In this document: piece by piece, positions 1-16,900 of the stretch
Position numbering within the stretch: position 1 is the first letter of the stretch
How the letters are laid out: each line of letters starts with the position of its first letter
From: the human T2T-CHM13v2.0 reference genome, Homo sapiens
Assembly: GCF_009914755.1 (NCBI RefSeq)
Contig: NC_060942.1
Reading direction: 5' to 3' (one strand)
DNA: 64,000 nt
Program-made: the position numbers and the translations under genes
The notes under the pieces: generated by a model
The model's database searches: none
Seen by the model: only the letters and a program-made list of their open reading frames with translations
What the model was told of the DNA's origin: nothing

Positions 1-2369
1 GGAGGATTACTGGCCTCTCATCAACCCTTTCAGCCAGTCATGAATGCATCCACACAGAACAGTCCTGTCAGCAGCCTAATTTCTTTGCAGGAAAGGAAAC
101 GATAGATTCATGTAGGTGAGGTGGGGCTACACTTCTTACATTCTTGGTTGTAAAGAAACTGCACTTCTGGAAGCTTCTTTGTAGGCAAGTAGGTACTGTT
201 TAGTGGCTGATTTGCTGCTGACTTGCGCAGGAAACTGAATCAGCTTGTGGGTCAGCCTCTGAGATTGGAGCTGTGAGGAGTTTCATACAGTAGGTTTCAG
301 GGAGGGATCTCAGGGTTTACCACTTGGAGTGGAACAGACCATTCCCCCATGCAGAAGATTTGCCCTTGTCTTTCTTAATCTTGACATTTAAAAGTCCCGT
401 AGGGACTGAGAATAAATATTTCTCTTTAGAAGGGGTAGATGTGTTAGTCAGCATCTCTCCAACTGACCCAATCATGGAAATCACCTGGTGAGCTTTTTGT
501 TAAAAAGCCACAAATTTCCAAGCTCCATCTCAATTGTGCTGGAAATAAAACAGCTTGATAACAATTAAGTATCTATCTTTAAGTTATTCTCTGTCAATAC
601 CCTTTTAGCTTCTTCAGGATCACTTTACTATTTGGTTAGAGACCATTTGATAGCCATAGAGTTTGAGAATGAGACTGATGCTTAGCCAACCTAATTTTGC
701 TAGTCATGTTTGCTATTTGTTGATTCATATGATTATTATATTTGTGTATTTCTTTAATCACTAATTAATACAACAAAGAACAAATATTTTGAGTTTAGGC
801 ACTGTACCAAATGCTAGAAATATAAACATGAATAAGACTTAAACTTGCCTTTAAGGAGAGCTTTTTCTTTCCTCAACATCTTTCTAGCTTACCATATGAT
901 TTTACTGCTTTGCTGCTGCTGCAAATAATAAAAATATGCACATTTTTTCACCCTTACAGTATGTACCCAAAACAAATTAATTAATTAATTCACTCACTAG
1001 TAACTAATTAACCCATTATAAAAAGTACTATGAATTCTCAGAAGAAAAATTGCTCAAATGTAGCAGATTATGTCTTTATAAATTTTGTTCAAAGTTGTCC
1101 ATTGTGTTAAATTTATGATGCTTTATTAAATTTTTTTGTCCCATGCTATATATTTAGTTCATATTTAAAACATGCATTTGAAAAATCTACTTTATTGGAA
1201 TTGCCCAAAAACTCTTCAAAAACCACCACAACCACCATCACCACCACAACCATCACAAAAACCTCTGTTTCTCCCAGGGTAAATAAGAACATTGGAATGA
1301 ATTCTAATTTTTTTTAAAAAGAAAACATTATGCTTTAGTAAAATAAACTTTTACTTCCTAATTTCAAGTTGCTGACAAGCAGTAATATTTGTCACAGAAA
1401 ATATTATGATATGCTTTCTCATGTTAAAAATGAAAGCGTAAGAACCAAAGGAGTTTACTAAAGATAAACAGAATGTCAATATAAACCAAACATTTCTTTC
1501 AAGTTTCTGGCCTTCCTGGCCAGAGAAGCAACTTTACCCAGGGTATGAGCATTACTAAATAAAATTAACAACTTATCTAAACAGTCAACTAAAATTCTGG
1601 AAGAATAGCTTCTTGGAGATTTGGACACCTCTAAGAGATGATATCACTATTTTATTTTTATAAAGGAATGTGTTTTCTGAGCTGGTAGCCTCTATCTCAG
1701 TGAATCTCTATGAATTCTCAACAAACTAATCAGTAATAATTCAGACATATTGCTCAATGGAGACTAAACTAACCTCGTGATAGATACTGTGACTGCCATG
1801 TACACTTACACTACCAAGCAAAGTTGCTTTATCTTTAAACCCCATCCCTCTGTGGCTCTTTCCCTCCTTCTCAGCTGTCTCTCTTCTCAGCCTACAAGTT
1901 TTCTCAAGTCTCTTCCACATTAATAAAACAAATCACAGAACCCTCAATAACGTCTTTTGACTCTGTGACTCCCTCTCTAGCCCCCTTTGGTTGGTTCCAC
2001 ATACTTCATTTGTGGTCAAGCTTCCAGAATATGTAATTTACACTCTAGGTTCATTTTCTGTGATTACCCCTTCCCATTACATTTTGGTTTTGCTCCATCA
2101 TACAATTAAAATTCCTCTTATTGGAGTCATTTCCACCTCCCATTTGGCATTTTTCAGTAATTATCTTAGTTTATTTCCTGGGGCATTTGACATTGTTCCC
2201 AATGCCCTCACTCCCAAAATGCCTTTATCTTTCTTGGCTACTTGAACAACACTTTCTCTGGGTTTTCTTCCTGCTTCTTTCTTTGGTTGCTGCCCCTTAA
2301 GTTTCCCCGAGTATATTTTAAATCTGCCTGCCTCTGAAAAATGTAAGAGTTACACTTCCAAAGACTAGA

Positions 2370-2960
2370 GAGAAAAAGTGACTTTATAGTGGAGAACCTG
2401 GCAAACACTACCTTACCTTTAAGGCTAATATCCCCAATGATGTCATATGGGTATCAGATACCCCTGGAATGCTGTGATGAGAAAGGCTGCTTTACCTTTG
2501 TGGGATATTCTTTCCAAAAACCCATAACCCCATCTAATGATGAGAAAAATACATGAGGCAAACCCAAATTGAGGAACATTCTACAAAATACCTGGCCAGG
2601 ACCCTTGAAAGATGATAAGGTCATTTTTTTTTTTTAAAGGAAGATTGAGAAGATGTCAGAGACAAAAGAAGACTAAAGGGACATATTAACTCAATGGAGT
2701 GTGGTATCCTGAAATTGAGCTTGGAACAGAAAAAGGACGTTAATGAAAAATGGGTGAAATCCAAAAAAAGTCTAAAGTTTAGTTAATAGTAGTGCACTAA
2801 TTTTGGTTTCTTAGACTTGGCAAATGTATCACAGTAATGTGAGATGGTAACATTAAGGGACATCGATATTGGGCAAAGGGTATATTTGAAAATCTTTCTA
2901 CTGTCTACACATTTTTGGCAAATCTAAAATTATTTTAAATCAAAGGTTTATTTTTTTAAA
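2370..2960 (+). mobile_element. Old L1 (L1MC/L1MD-type) 3' region fragment
   Basis: Motifs 'acccataacccc...atgagaaaaat...aaacccaaattgaggaacattctacaaaata' and 'tcctgaaattgagcttggaacagaaaaagga' resemble L1M 3' UTRs; subfamily from memory. Confidence 0.6.
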
Positions 2961-3554
2961 AGTGTAAGAATCTTAGGCTCCTATTACATTTTGATTGTGT
3001 ATTTACATGTTCCTTATTTAGATACTGAACCCTAGAATAGGGTTATTTAAGGCTATTGGTAGCAGAAAGGCTAATCTGAGACAAAATACTTGGGGAAGCA
3101 TTTCATGGGCTGGGGAGACTAAGAACAATTTATACTCAAAGCCAGAGGCAAAATGGGGTGTTAGAAGCTCAGAGTCATTCAGAGTCAGAGTGTGAACCAA
3201 AGCAGGTGGGAAATACATAAAAAGAGATAAATGCTAGGAAAGCCCTTGGGAATATATTAACTAGTATGACAGTAGGACTGCCCTTTAAACATACTGTTAC
3301 CTACTAGTTAAAATCTATTTGACTGACTTAAAGCATCAGAAGTATATGATGGCTTTTAGTTTATACAGCATACTTTGCATATGTTATGAGTTCCTTTGTT
3401 AATTCTTGCAGCAACTTTGTGAGGTACTATTATGTAGTATTTCCACTTTATAGATAAGCACACTGAGGTAAAGCAGCTAGTATAGAGCAACATGCCAAGA
3501 GACAGAGTCATGGCTCAAAACACTGCTAGTATCAGCTATGTTTTTTATTATTGA

Positions 3555-3878
<324 letters not shown>

Positions 3879-4948
3879 ATTGTTGAATTCTTTAAAAATA
3901 AAAAACAAACCTTCTTCAATTCATATAAAGGACACTTATCCTTCGACTCTTTGAAGTATTGTGATGTCTCTTCATCTTTAAGGTTTCTTTGTTTAACCTC
4001 ACAGGTTTGGCTAAACCAAGACATATGACAAAAAATGCTGCTGGATTCCAGGTCTTAATTTGCACTTTTGTGATGGAGTGCTGGGTAGGACTTGACTGAG
4101 CTGATCAATTGCTTAAGACATTTGGAAGAACTACAGGAAATACAGAGTGGTGGGAGTCCGTTTTGGTGTAGCCTCATGCTATTTGGCGACATACTTGTAT
4201 TTCTCGCCTTCCTTAGGAGATTCAGATAGGTTTTTTGTTGTTGTTAAATCTCTCAGAGTAACAACTTTTATTTAAGATACATTCAACACAAGCTTAAAAG
4301 CAAAAATGTAACAAAAAGATCTTGCTTGCTCTTGTTGGAATGTTCCTTGAAAATTTCAAATAGTCCAAAGGACCAAGTTTCTTTATGTTCTTTAGACCTA
4401 CCAGCTTCACCAGGTAATATATTTATTTCTTCATAAACAAGGCATGGTTTAGAAGATTAGAGTTTGGGCTTCCTAAATTCATTATAAGTCTTTCTGCTAA
4501 GAGGTTTTAGCATTTTTCTAATTAAGTTAACTTCAACATAACCTAAATTCTACAATGTAAACCCATGCAAAGTTCTTTTCCTCTCCTGGACTTAAGAAAC
4601 ATCAGTTGGGATGACTTTTACTGCTTCAGGTATTTTTGATCACCTGCATGTTAACACCTAAATGTAAGACAATGGTTTCTGTTCACACACCAACTGGAAA
4701 AACAAACATAGAAAAAATAATAAAAAACAGCATAAGTTACATGTCTGATGACAGGTAGCCGTAGCAAGAACTACAGAAATTTAGAGGAGAAAGTGTGCCT
4801 TAGGAGTAGTCAGGAGAAATGTAGTGAGAAAAAAGAAAACAAAACAATGAGGTAAGTAGAGACTTAAAGACTGAAGGGTCTGGAAAATAGCATTAAGTGA
4901 GGATTGATTTAGTGGATTGGAGGAAGAAGTAACTAAACTCCATACTGA

Positions 4949-5302
4949 GTATATTAGTCTGTTTTCACACTGCTGTAAAGAAATACCCGAGACAGGGTAA
5001 TTTATAAAGAAAAGAGGTTTAATTGGCTCACAGCTCCACATAGCTGGAGAGGCCTTAGGAAAAACTTACAACCATGGCAGAAGGCAAAGAAGAAGCAAGT
5101 ACCTTCTTCACAAGGCAGTAGGAAAGAGAGAACAGGAAAAACTGCCACTCATAAAACCATCAGATCTTGTAAGAACTCACTCACAATCACGAGGACAGCA
5201 TGGGATAAAACCACCCCATGATCCAATCACTTCCCACCAGGTCCTTCCATCAACATCTGGGGATTACAATTTGAGATGAAATTTGGGTGGGGACACAGAG
5301 CC
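4949..5302 (-). mobile_element. MaLR solo LTR (THE1D/MSTA-like)
   Basis: tattagtctgttttcacactgct...gggtaatttataaagaaaagagg...gagatgaaatttgggtggggacacag is the reverse complement of the THE1/MST LTR pattern. Confidence 0.9.
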
Positions 5303-7369
5303 CCACTCTCAGGAAGAGTCATTCTTTAAGAAATTGTTCCTGTGAGAACAGTGAGAGATAAGAGAGCATATATTTGAAATTGTGGGAGAATTTGTATGTC
5401 AGGATGTCTGTGACCCCTGTGTCAGAGACCCTTTCAGATCTCTGTGGCTCCTTCCTCAGCCATGAAGTGGATAAATAGCGACACTCTTGTCTGTCATTTA
5501 TCATCTCTTACCCCAAAGCTTCAGCTACTTGTTCATAAGGCACAGGAAAAGCCTTCTTACATTATGCAAGACCCAGACAGACAGACTACCAGGAAAGATG
5601 TTCTTTTCAGTGTGCAGTGAGGCCTTTGTCCTTCTAAGCATGATTTACACTAGTGCAAGGAAATTGTTCTCTGAACCAGTAAATGAAGAGGGGATTATAA
5701 TAATATCTGTTTCTCTTTTATTTCTTTGTTCATTATTGAAGGGTTATACTGCTTTACAAAACTGATTTAATTTTCATAGGATATAAAATGATCTACGAAA
5801 CTCACAGAGACCAAAAAGTACCTGATTTGTATTCAAGCTCTGAATGAAAGCTCTTCTTTTACAAGTGACAATATAAACAATAACTCTAGTTCTTCTGGCA
5901 GTTAGTTATTGCTTGGAATTATCCAGGAATTCAGAGTCCCTTTTGAGAATAATAGCATTTTGGTGTTTGATGTTATTTCATTTTGAAGAACTCAAAGGCT
6001 TTTATTTTTCACAAGTTTTTTAAATAAATGTGTTATTAGAATTTTCATATTTTATTTGATAATGTACATTAGAATTTCATAAAATATACAATGTTTAAAA
6101 TCTCTAAATTATTTAACTAATGGTCTTGAAAGATAAACTTGACTTCCTATCATTAAGTGAGGCCAATAGATATGTTGCTGTGCCTCCAATTCAAATTAAT
6201 TGAATCAGTCTAGATTTTATGATGTTAGACCAGTTAGATGTGAGAACTCCCTGGGTATTGGGTACTGGCAACAAAAAGGTAATAAGAGCATACATATCAT
6301 TATGAATCAAGACATTTTTGAAGTAAATTTTCAGATAACCTGCTTAAGACTTTCTGAAGGGAAATTAAGTGCAGGATGCCTTTAACGAGAGCTCCAGATC
6401 TCAGAACACTTCATGCATTATTTTACAAAATATTCAAGTTAATTCTCTGAGTTTTTCTTAATCAAAGAGAAGCCACATAGATTGAGGTACATGAAATGAA
6501 AGAACCATTGAAAAGTATGTAGTTTTCAAATAAGTGTAAAATAAAAATATGAGTAAATGTATTTTTCCAAGATTTAAAATTAATTTTAGTAAAATTTTTC
6601 AGAGTGCCCAAGTAAGGAAAAGAAAACACTTCTGGTTTTTGAACTATCTGAAATTCAGCAGGAATGAAAATATTTCAGGTTTAATGCAATCAAACTCTGG
6701 CACAGTTCTTTGCCTGAGTAAAATGGGAACTATTAATAAACATAAAATTAGAGAACAATTATTTAAACTACCCCTGAGTGAGCCATAGTTATTTCATTTA
6801 ATAGAAAATTTTTGTCTTCTTTCTTTTATCTTTTGCCGAAGGAATGCCAAAACCATTTGGGGATGTTTACTGAAGCAACAAGAGAAATAAGCAAAAAGGG
6901 ATAAGAAAATAGGGAGAAAAAGAAAAATATCTGATCTTCAATGTGCAAGTCTGTTGGGAAAATTCTATTTTTCATTTTGCCAAGTATTTGTTGAGGTTCA
7001 AGTAAGTAGCAGGATAGAAGGTTTTTCTTGCAAAGAATTGGCATTCACATCTTATGAAAATTAAAATGTTGAAGTCCCATTATAGATTTTCATTCATAGT
7101 GCATTTTTCCTTTGTAGTGTTTAGCACAGCTTATTAAACATTTATTTGTGTGTGCTTTTGCTAAGCTCTGAGTTCCCTGAGGGAAAGACTAGAAAGGATC
7201 TCTGGTCCTTTACTTACTTTCTAAGACTTAGCACAATGGCTGACACCTAATAGAAAACAGTAAAGAGTCATTGCATGAATGAATGATGCAAATGAAATAA
7301 AAAACTGAACTCACAGGGAAAACTAAGAGGACATTTGATTATTTTAGTCATTATGAGAAGACGGTTTTG

Positions 7370-7820
7370 TGGGGACAAGTGAAGAGTACACATATGAGAA
7401 CAAAGAGAAGCTCTTTATTCAGAGCTTGCAAGAGCATCAGCCACTATCTTTTGCAGTTGTCACAGAGAAAGAGGCAGGCAGAGGAGTACGAAAGCTTTAT
7501 AGTGATAAAAAGGGAAGGCTTCAGGATGCCCAACTGGAGGTGTCAACTTGAAGCAGCTGTAGGGGCTACCTAGAAGCAGCTTCTCTTCTCCAGTTGGTTT
7601 GGGGACTATATTTGGCTTTCTCTAGTTGGTCCTGAGTTGGGAGAGAGGGCAAAAATTATGAAAACTGACAGTCATTGACAAAGTCCTGACCAGTCTAGGC
7701 CAATCATTGCTGAGGTTGTGTTTTGACTTCTCTGGCTGGTTGCTTGCTGCCAGAAGTTATGGGTCAGAGTTCTACTGTCGTTTATGGTCTGGCCATTGTC
7801 CATCTGTATATTCAATTTCT
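7370..7820 (-). mobile_element. Probable old ERV solo LTR (family unassigned)
   Basis: GC-richer ~450-bp block with reverse-strand poly(A) signal (ctctttattc at ~7412) and LTR-like layout. Confidence 0.4.
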
Positions 7821-7962
7821 CTGTTTAGTGATTTACGGCCTCATGGGATTTTTTCCCCACAAATTTTATCTCCAGTACCATATAAAGGTGGGTACTTGAT
7901 AAACATGCGTGGGATGGTGAAGAATGGGAAAAGGGCTGAAGTCCTTTTTCTCTCTGCTGTAG

Positions 7963-8281
7963 AGACTGTACCATCTAGCGAAATAGCCACTAGCCAAATG
8001 TAGCTGGTAGGCACTGGAAATGTAACCAGTCTGAATTGAGATATAGTGCAAGTATAAAACACATACCTAATGTCCAGGATTTGAAATGAATGAAAGAATG
8101 TAAAATATCTCTTTAGTAATTAAAAAAGACATTTTCTACATGTCAAAATAATATTTTGGACATATTGGGATAAATAAATACATCATTAAAATTAATTTCA
8201 CTGTTATTTTTACATTAAAAATGTGGTTACTAGGAAATCTAAGATTATATATATGGTTTGGATTATATTTCTACTAGACAG
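7963..8281. mobile_element. hAT-Charlie MITE (MER33/MER3-like)
   Basis: tagccactagccaaatgtagctg...gtctgaattgagat...aagtataaaacacatacc...aatgtggttactaggaaat; ~320 bp. Confidence 0.8.
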
Positions 8282-9414
8282 GGTTGACCCAAGGTGACAT
8301 TTTTGTGTATAAGTTTCCTCTTCAATGAAATAAGACAAATACATTGTATGATTTGTTCCTTCTTCATTGCCTCAACATGAGTATTGAAAATGGCTGGAAA
8401 CAAATTTGTGCATTAGTTTATTCATTCATCAAAGTATTTTTTGAATTTACTGTGTGCCAAACAATAAGCTAGGGGTTGCTTACTCTTGAATAGTTCCCAA
8501 TCATTGCCTTTGGCAACCTGAGGAGACGGAAAACTTAAATGGTGATTTGCTTAATAGGTGTAGGAAACTACTTAAGTCCAAGAAAATTTCATGAGCAAAC
8601 ACTCATGCAGCCTAATGCTCACAATTATATATCAATAATGTTATAATTAACTTTTCTAAAAAAATAAAACCAGCACCAAAAATATCTAAAAATTCAGTGC
8701 AGGAAGATCTTTGTTTACATGTTTTCATGAACCAAGACCTATTCCAGCTGTGATTTTTTTCCCCACTTATAAAAGCTGTCTGACCTTGCTAAGCCCCAGA
8801 ACCCTATGGGAATCACAATCCCCTCCCCCATAAACTGGGTTTATCTCATGAAATTGCTCTGAGGCTCAAACATGATAATATGTGTGAAAAACCAATATAA
8901 ATATGAAGGATAATTATGTTTATTATTAGAAACAATTATGGTCATTAGGTTAAAATGAGGGTACTGGGAAAAAGCAGTTTGGTGACCCACAGAATACATT
9001 TTAGCTTGTGTAGATTCCCATAGAACTAGAAGAAGCTAAATAAGGAAGCCTAAAAATACAAAGCATAATACGTGATAAAATCTAACCCTTCACATACTTC
9101 TAAATCATTTTTTTAAACTGCCTTCATCGTTGAAGTGAACTAATGTATGACAGAAAGCTCTCAGGAAGAAATTGCTTTAGGGCTGCATTTTTTATTAAAG
9201 GTATGGCCTAAAGCCTTATTCTTTAGAGGAATCAAAATGAAAAAAGAAAATCATTGCTCCGTATGAACTCTGGTGGCCTTTTGACAAATTTTGGTTCTCT
9301 CTCCTCACCTAGCCAGATTAAGATAACATCTCCAGCTATAACACTGGATTACAAAAAGCTAGATGCAAATGCATATAGTCCAGGGCTATATGAAAAAGAT
9401 AACCTCCTTCCAGG

Positions 9415-9742
9415 CTTCCATAGTTCAGTATGGTAGCCGCAAGTTATGTGTGGCTGTTACACACTTGATATGTGGTTAGTCTGCACTGTGATATGTAGTA
9501 AGTGTAAAGTACACACCAAATTTTAAAGACTTAGCATGAAAAAAACAAACAAAAAATATTTCATTAATTTTTTATAATGATTACACATTGAACTAATAAT
9601 ATTTTGGATGTACTAAGTAAAATATATTATTAAAATTAATTTCACTTTTATTTCTACTTTTTGGAATGTAGCTACTAGAAAATTTAAAATTACATATGTA
9701 CTTTGAATTTGTGGCTCACATTGTATTTCCATTGAATAGAGC
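9415..9742. mobile_element. hAT-Charlie MITE (MER33-like), second copy
   Basis: gtatggtagcc...aagtgtaaagtacacaccaaattttaaagacttag...gtagctactagaaaatttaaaattacatatgt...gtggctcacattgtatttc. Confidence 0.8.
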
Positions 9743-10081
9743 TACCCAAGATCTTTCCTAGTGTGTTTTAAAGGCACAAGTCCTTGCCTTGATGGATTTT
9801 TGGATTCATCCATTTGGCTAAACTGCCAAAGCAGGTATCAAGGTTGGCTACCTGGAAAATAAGATGCCAATCATTCTTTCCTCCGGTTCTCATGTGTTTT
9901 CTTCATTCTTTCCCCTACCTCTGGTTGGAGAGAAGACAAACTTTGATTTTTTTTTAAAGGTTTTGAAGATTTATTGCCAGTATTAACAATATAACGAATG
10001 TATTTAAAGGGTGCAATTTTTTTGGCTCCATATTTAAAGCCTCAGCCTATATCACTCTTAATGTGATGTAATATGACAGTG

Positions 10082-11480
<1,399 letters not shown>

Positions 11481-12626
11481 TTAAAATGACTTGAGCAAAG
11501 TTCTTATAAAAATTCCTTCAGTTAATGAACAGATGGAAATTATAAGATGAGTTTTCTTTGCAGGTCAGTCACTTTCCGTTTAGTTTGAGGTCACCTGCCT
11601 CTGCTCATGTGTGCAATAGGCATGATTTATTAGTGCTTTTCAGGGACTCATGTTCTCTTTCACTAGACATTTCATTTAAGTACCTTGTCTGACCACAAAT
11701 TTGTACCAAGAAGGAAGTCCCATGACAGAAACCAGTTTAAACACCTTTTTCTTGCCTGTGTGCCCCCTAGCCCTTATGAGGAAAAAAGAAAGTCAAAGAG
11801 AAGCAGAGATTTATGGGATCACGCTTAAAAGTCAACAGAAAGAAGAAAGGTGTTCAAGATGATGTAGAATTTCTGAAAGTCAAATTCTCTATTTTCAAGG
11901 TTTTGTGCTCACAACATGCCCGGTATGGCAGTAGGCACTGGTCATGCAGGCAAAAATCCCTTCCCTCATTCAACTTATATTGTAATGTAAAGAGGCAGAC
12001 AATAAACAAAGTGTTAAAGCATAATTTTCAAGAAGGTTTTATAATGATTCTCTTGCAAATATAAAATGGATACATATCAAAGAATATGAAAGACTGTATT
12101 CAACTCATTAATTAACAAGGGAACCAGTAAGATTTAAAAACAGGTTTAAAGATCTTTGGAGAAGTTAGGTATTTACAGTTAATGTTAGGAGAAATTTGTT
12201 GGGTTATACATAAAACTAGTTCATGACCAACAGGGACATAAATCATAACCATAAACCATAAACTGTTACGCCAATTGTTAATCATGTGTATTCTCTTCAT
12301 CTTTCTCTATGCTTATGTAAGAATTTGCAACCATATACACAGTTTAAAAATGGAATCATATTCTCGATTTTAAGCAGAGTAATAATGTTCAGGTTTTACT
12401 TAATACATCATGGACATCTTTCCTGGGCCACATGCCGGGCTGGACAGAGTGAACACGTCTCTCAGCTGGTGGGGACCTTGTGCCATCTCCTACCGGCTCA
12501 GAGGAGCGGACTGTCAACGTGTCCTTCCAAGTCTGCATTCAGTGACCTATACTCTGGAAATTGTCCTATGCTATAAAGCAGGCCCTCTCTCCCAAGAGCT
12601 GATTGTTAAGCACTTACCATCACACC

Positions 12627-13121
12627 TGGCCAAGATAACCTCCCAGTCCTCTCAGCTTGACTAAACTGTAGATAGGTTTCTTCCTGACTATAGGCCGCTC
12701 TTGGATTCTTAGGGCATTTACTTTAGAAAAACTTCTGTTGAAAATTCTTTCTCTGCCCCTTTGAAATATTCTCCCAGGGTCTTGCTAGTTGCACAACCCA
12801 GGACTGTTTTTCTCAAGGACCTGGGAACCATCTCTTTTAGATGTAATCATCAAGGAGAATAGTGCCCTTGTCTCCCTGTCTCTGTGGAAGAGTAGGAGCC
12901 TAACTCGGATAAACACCAATTAGCAAGTACAGATGGCTTCATCACATTGACCAACCTCCCCTCTAATGTCTTGTAGTGCCTTTTCCCTGGCTCAGCCCAA
13001 TGCTTAAAATCTGTCATTCCTTTTGTTTCAGTCGGGTTAAATTGAATCTCTCTCCACTATTCCAATAGTCTCGAATAAAGTGTTCCCTGCTTGTTTTAAC
13101 TGGTACTAATTTTCTTTGACA
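12627..13121 (+). mobile_element. ERV1 solo LTR (MER31/MER67-like), apparently nested in the end of a hAT element (MER63-like)
   Basis: TG...CA ends, AATAAA at 13074, 4-bp TSD cacc/tacc; flanks 'gagctgattgttaagcacttaccatcaca|ccactg' rejoin as a hAT terminus. Confidence 0.7.
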
Positions 13122-13637
13122 TACCACTGTCTATAATTCATATGCCTTAAGGGTGATACAATGTGCCCAGCCTCATAGGATCTTAGATGCTATTCTTAGA
13201 TGCTATGTGCCATAGCATCTAAGTAATGGTAGGTTACCAATACTTCTACCCACAGGACAAAAGACAAATATCATGAAAACCATGACCAGACAGACTCCTT
13301 GTAGGAAAGGGGTCAGGCCAATATCAGGTAGGTCTATAAAATTAGCTTTCTAAACAGAGGGCTAATGGCCCCAGAGTCCTGTTCTAGTGGTCTTATGGGA
13401 ATGCTTGAAAAACCAAACAGTAGAGTCAATGCAGATTTAAAGGTGTGTGTGATCAAATTTTGGGGGCCTTGGGGAGGCTGTTCTTTGGTGAATAGAACCT
13501 GTGTTGAAGAGATTTCTTGAGATACGTGACTGAATGAAGGATGGTGGAGATGGCATCAGTGAAATAAGTAGCATGTAACTTAGCAGGACATTTGGAGTAC
13601 CATAAATGGATATCAAACTCATCAAGAAATAACTGCA

Positions 13638-13945
<308 letters not shown>

Positions 13946-16900
13946 TAACTGCCATATGTTCAAGTAGTATGAATGTCACATACCCTATTCAACCAGTCCC
14001 TTCTTGATGGGCATTCAGGGGTGGTTTAAAGTTCTTGGAATTGCAACTTTGCAACAAACATCTTTGTATAGTTATCCTTGTGTCATAGTGCCTTTATTTC
14101 TGCAAGATAGATTCTTAAAAGAGAGAAGGTGAAATCAAAAGACAAAAAAAATTAAAAAGATATTTTAAATTTCAATAGTTATTGAAATAGTAGATTGCAT
14201 TCTAAAAATAATATTTTGTAACCTTACCAGCGAAATGTAAGTGTTCAGCAGTGTATATAACTTCTGTTTCTGTGCATATTCTTGAACACTGGATGATACT
14301 GCTTTCTTAAAACCTTTGCCAATATATTGGGGGAAAACTGTATTTTCTTGGATTATGAATTTGTATCAGTACTACCACTTGGATCAGTGATAACAAGTGA
14401 AGTTGAGTGTATTTTTAGTTTAGATTTTTTTCTTGTGAGACTTGTCTTTCATATCCATTGCCCATTTTTCTATTGGCTTGTGCCTTTTCCTTATCAACTT
14501 GAAGACATGATTTTTATAGTATGTTTCATAGTATATTTTCTATTTTTATAGATAACATTATATTTTGTATTTGTCTGTTATATGGGGCAATCTTTTCTGA
14601 GTTCATCATTTATCTTTTGACTTTATTTATGGTCCAATTTTTATGTATGTGCAAATATGTATCTCTTTTCATTTGACTTCTGGGTGTTTCATCTCATTTA
14701 TGAAAGTCTCCTCCTCACCTCAAATTTACCAATATATATTTTTTACACCTCTTGTTATATTTTTAAATTTTTAATATTTAAATCTTTAACCTTTTAGCAT
14801 TTATTTTTTGTTTTAAAGCCAAATAGTTTCAAACAGAACATAAAACTTCCTTTTAGGGCAGGGATTTATTACTTTGAAAAGGCACACTTAAAAATTTTTA
14901 ATAATTATTAAACTAACACGTGTTCATTGTGGCACTTTTGGAAAATATGTACAAACACTTTGGGAACTATGCCCATGACTTTTAGCATTAACTAATAGCA
15001 CACACTTAATGCTATTTAGTTAGCTAACTCACTAATAACATTTTGATATATCCCTTTTACTCTTGTTGTATGTTACCATGTATGTAGAAAAGTGAGGTCA
15101 TACTGCATAAGTAGTTTTGTATCCTACTTTTTAATGTAATATTTGTAGGTGTATCACAAAATAATATCTGGAAATATGGGTGCATAACATCCGGTTATTT
15201 GAACATACCATATTTGATATCACCTTTGGTCCAAATGCTTTCAGTTGCCAACCACAGAAAACCCAAATATTAATGACCTAAACAATAAAGGCATTTACTG
15301 TTTTCCACAACAAAAAATTCCAGCAGTGCTACCCTAAATGCCAGTTTGCAAACTATTTGATACCAGCCAGTGATGACCTAAGTAGCCTGCTCCAGAATGG
15401 AAAGCAAAAAAACACCCTTAGTTTAGTAGATAAGTAAACACTATTTGGTAAACTTTTTTTTTTTTTTGGTAGTGAGACTTTCTCAGTGAAGGAAATGGCA
15501 CACTGCTTTATGCCTTGCATGTGATATCTCACTGAGGCCTATTAAAGTTCACAACAGCTACTATTACATGGACCCCACTTTGAGAAGCACAGGTCTAAAA
15601 AAAGGTCTGGTAGTTGCAAGCTTTCTAGATCCTGCAGCTCCACACCATCCAGGACTTAGGATCTTGGATCTTTTTGCACTGCCATTCTCAGCCTGTTGGC
15701 TCATACCCTTAGACTGATTTCTCTCAAACTCTCAAGCTGGCTTTAGTATATGCAGATGGACAACTCCGGAGGCAAAAATAAAGCATCTTTTGTGTTATAT
15801 TTTAAGAGCAAGAAATATATCAAGCAAACACACTCTCAGGTTTCATTGACCAAAATTGCATCACATGCCTGTGCCTAAACCTATCACTGGCAAGGAGAGT
15901 GGTATTACATCAGTTATAATTCACCCCTCAGGGTAGAGAAATTCTGTGTCCCTGCAAGCACATGACCACTGAACCACTCTAATATTTGCTAATAGTTAAT
16001 ACACGATGGGGCTTCTGCACATGGGGAATAATACTACTTGCCTTAAAGGGTTACTGTAGGAAACCCAATGGAATAATGTATGGAGAGCAGTTAGCAGAGT
16101 CTGGCATTTAATACATGCTCCATAAATGTTAGCTATTAATTTCATTAGTGTTATTTTTAATTGTGCTTTTTTTCACTGTAGTTTTGCTTGGAAAATTCTT
16201 CCCTTTCTACCCCAAAAGTGGACAGTTATTCAGCAAAGTTTTCCTGTTTTCTTGTGTGTTTTGAAATTTTTGATTGTGATTTTATATTTAGTGAGGTTCT
16301 CTCTGTGGAAGCCCTGGGAAGCCTAGGTTAAGAAAGGCTTTCCCCAAAGAGGACCAGGATTTGCATCTTCTACATGCCCTAGGGTGCAATCACCTGGGAA
16401 ATATGAGGTAATGCCCCTGCTTGGGGTGTCTGGTCCCATTGAAGGAGTGTACATTCTAATTCCACACCTGAATGAGGGCTAGTCTCTGAGGGTATAGCTG
16501 ATGGAGTGTTCCCACATTTGTGGGAATCTCAATCTCATATCTTCACCTCGTGCCTTGACCGTGATCCTGCTGAGGCCATTAAAACCCCAAATAGTGTTTC
16601 ATGGAAGATAATGACTTCAGTCCCTGATTTCTACTATGATGAAGAGTCCTCCCCACTCCCTCTATTGCCTCACAGTTTCATTTCCTGGTGTCTTGTAGTG
16701 GGAGAGCTTTTGTGAGATACATAGTCATTTATGCTGGCACAAATGGGTGCTGTCCGTCTATTGTATAGGCCTAATACTTCTTTCAGTAATTTCCTTCTTT
16801 ACAACTTTGCAATTTATCTGATATATTTTAGCATATGGTATGAGGTAATAATTTCATTTGATGTATTTTTTCCAAACAGTTATCTATTGAAATAGAACCA

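Noticed and set aside
7963-9742. Two MER33-like copies as ends of a composite element or local duplication
   Set aside because: Copies are mutually divergent with unrelated flanks; independent insertions of an abundant MITE suffice
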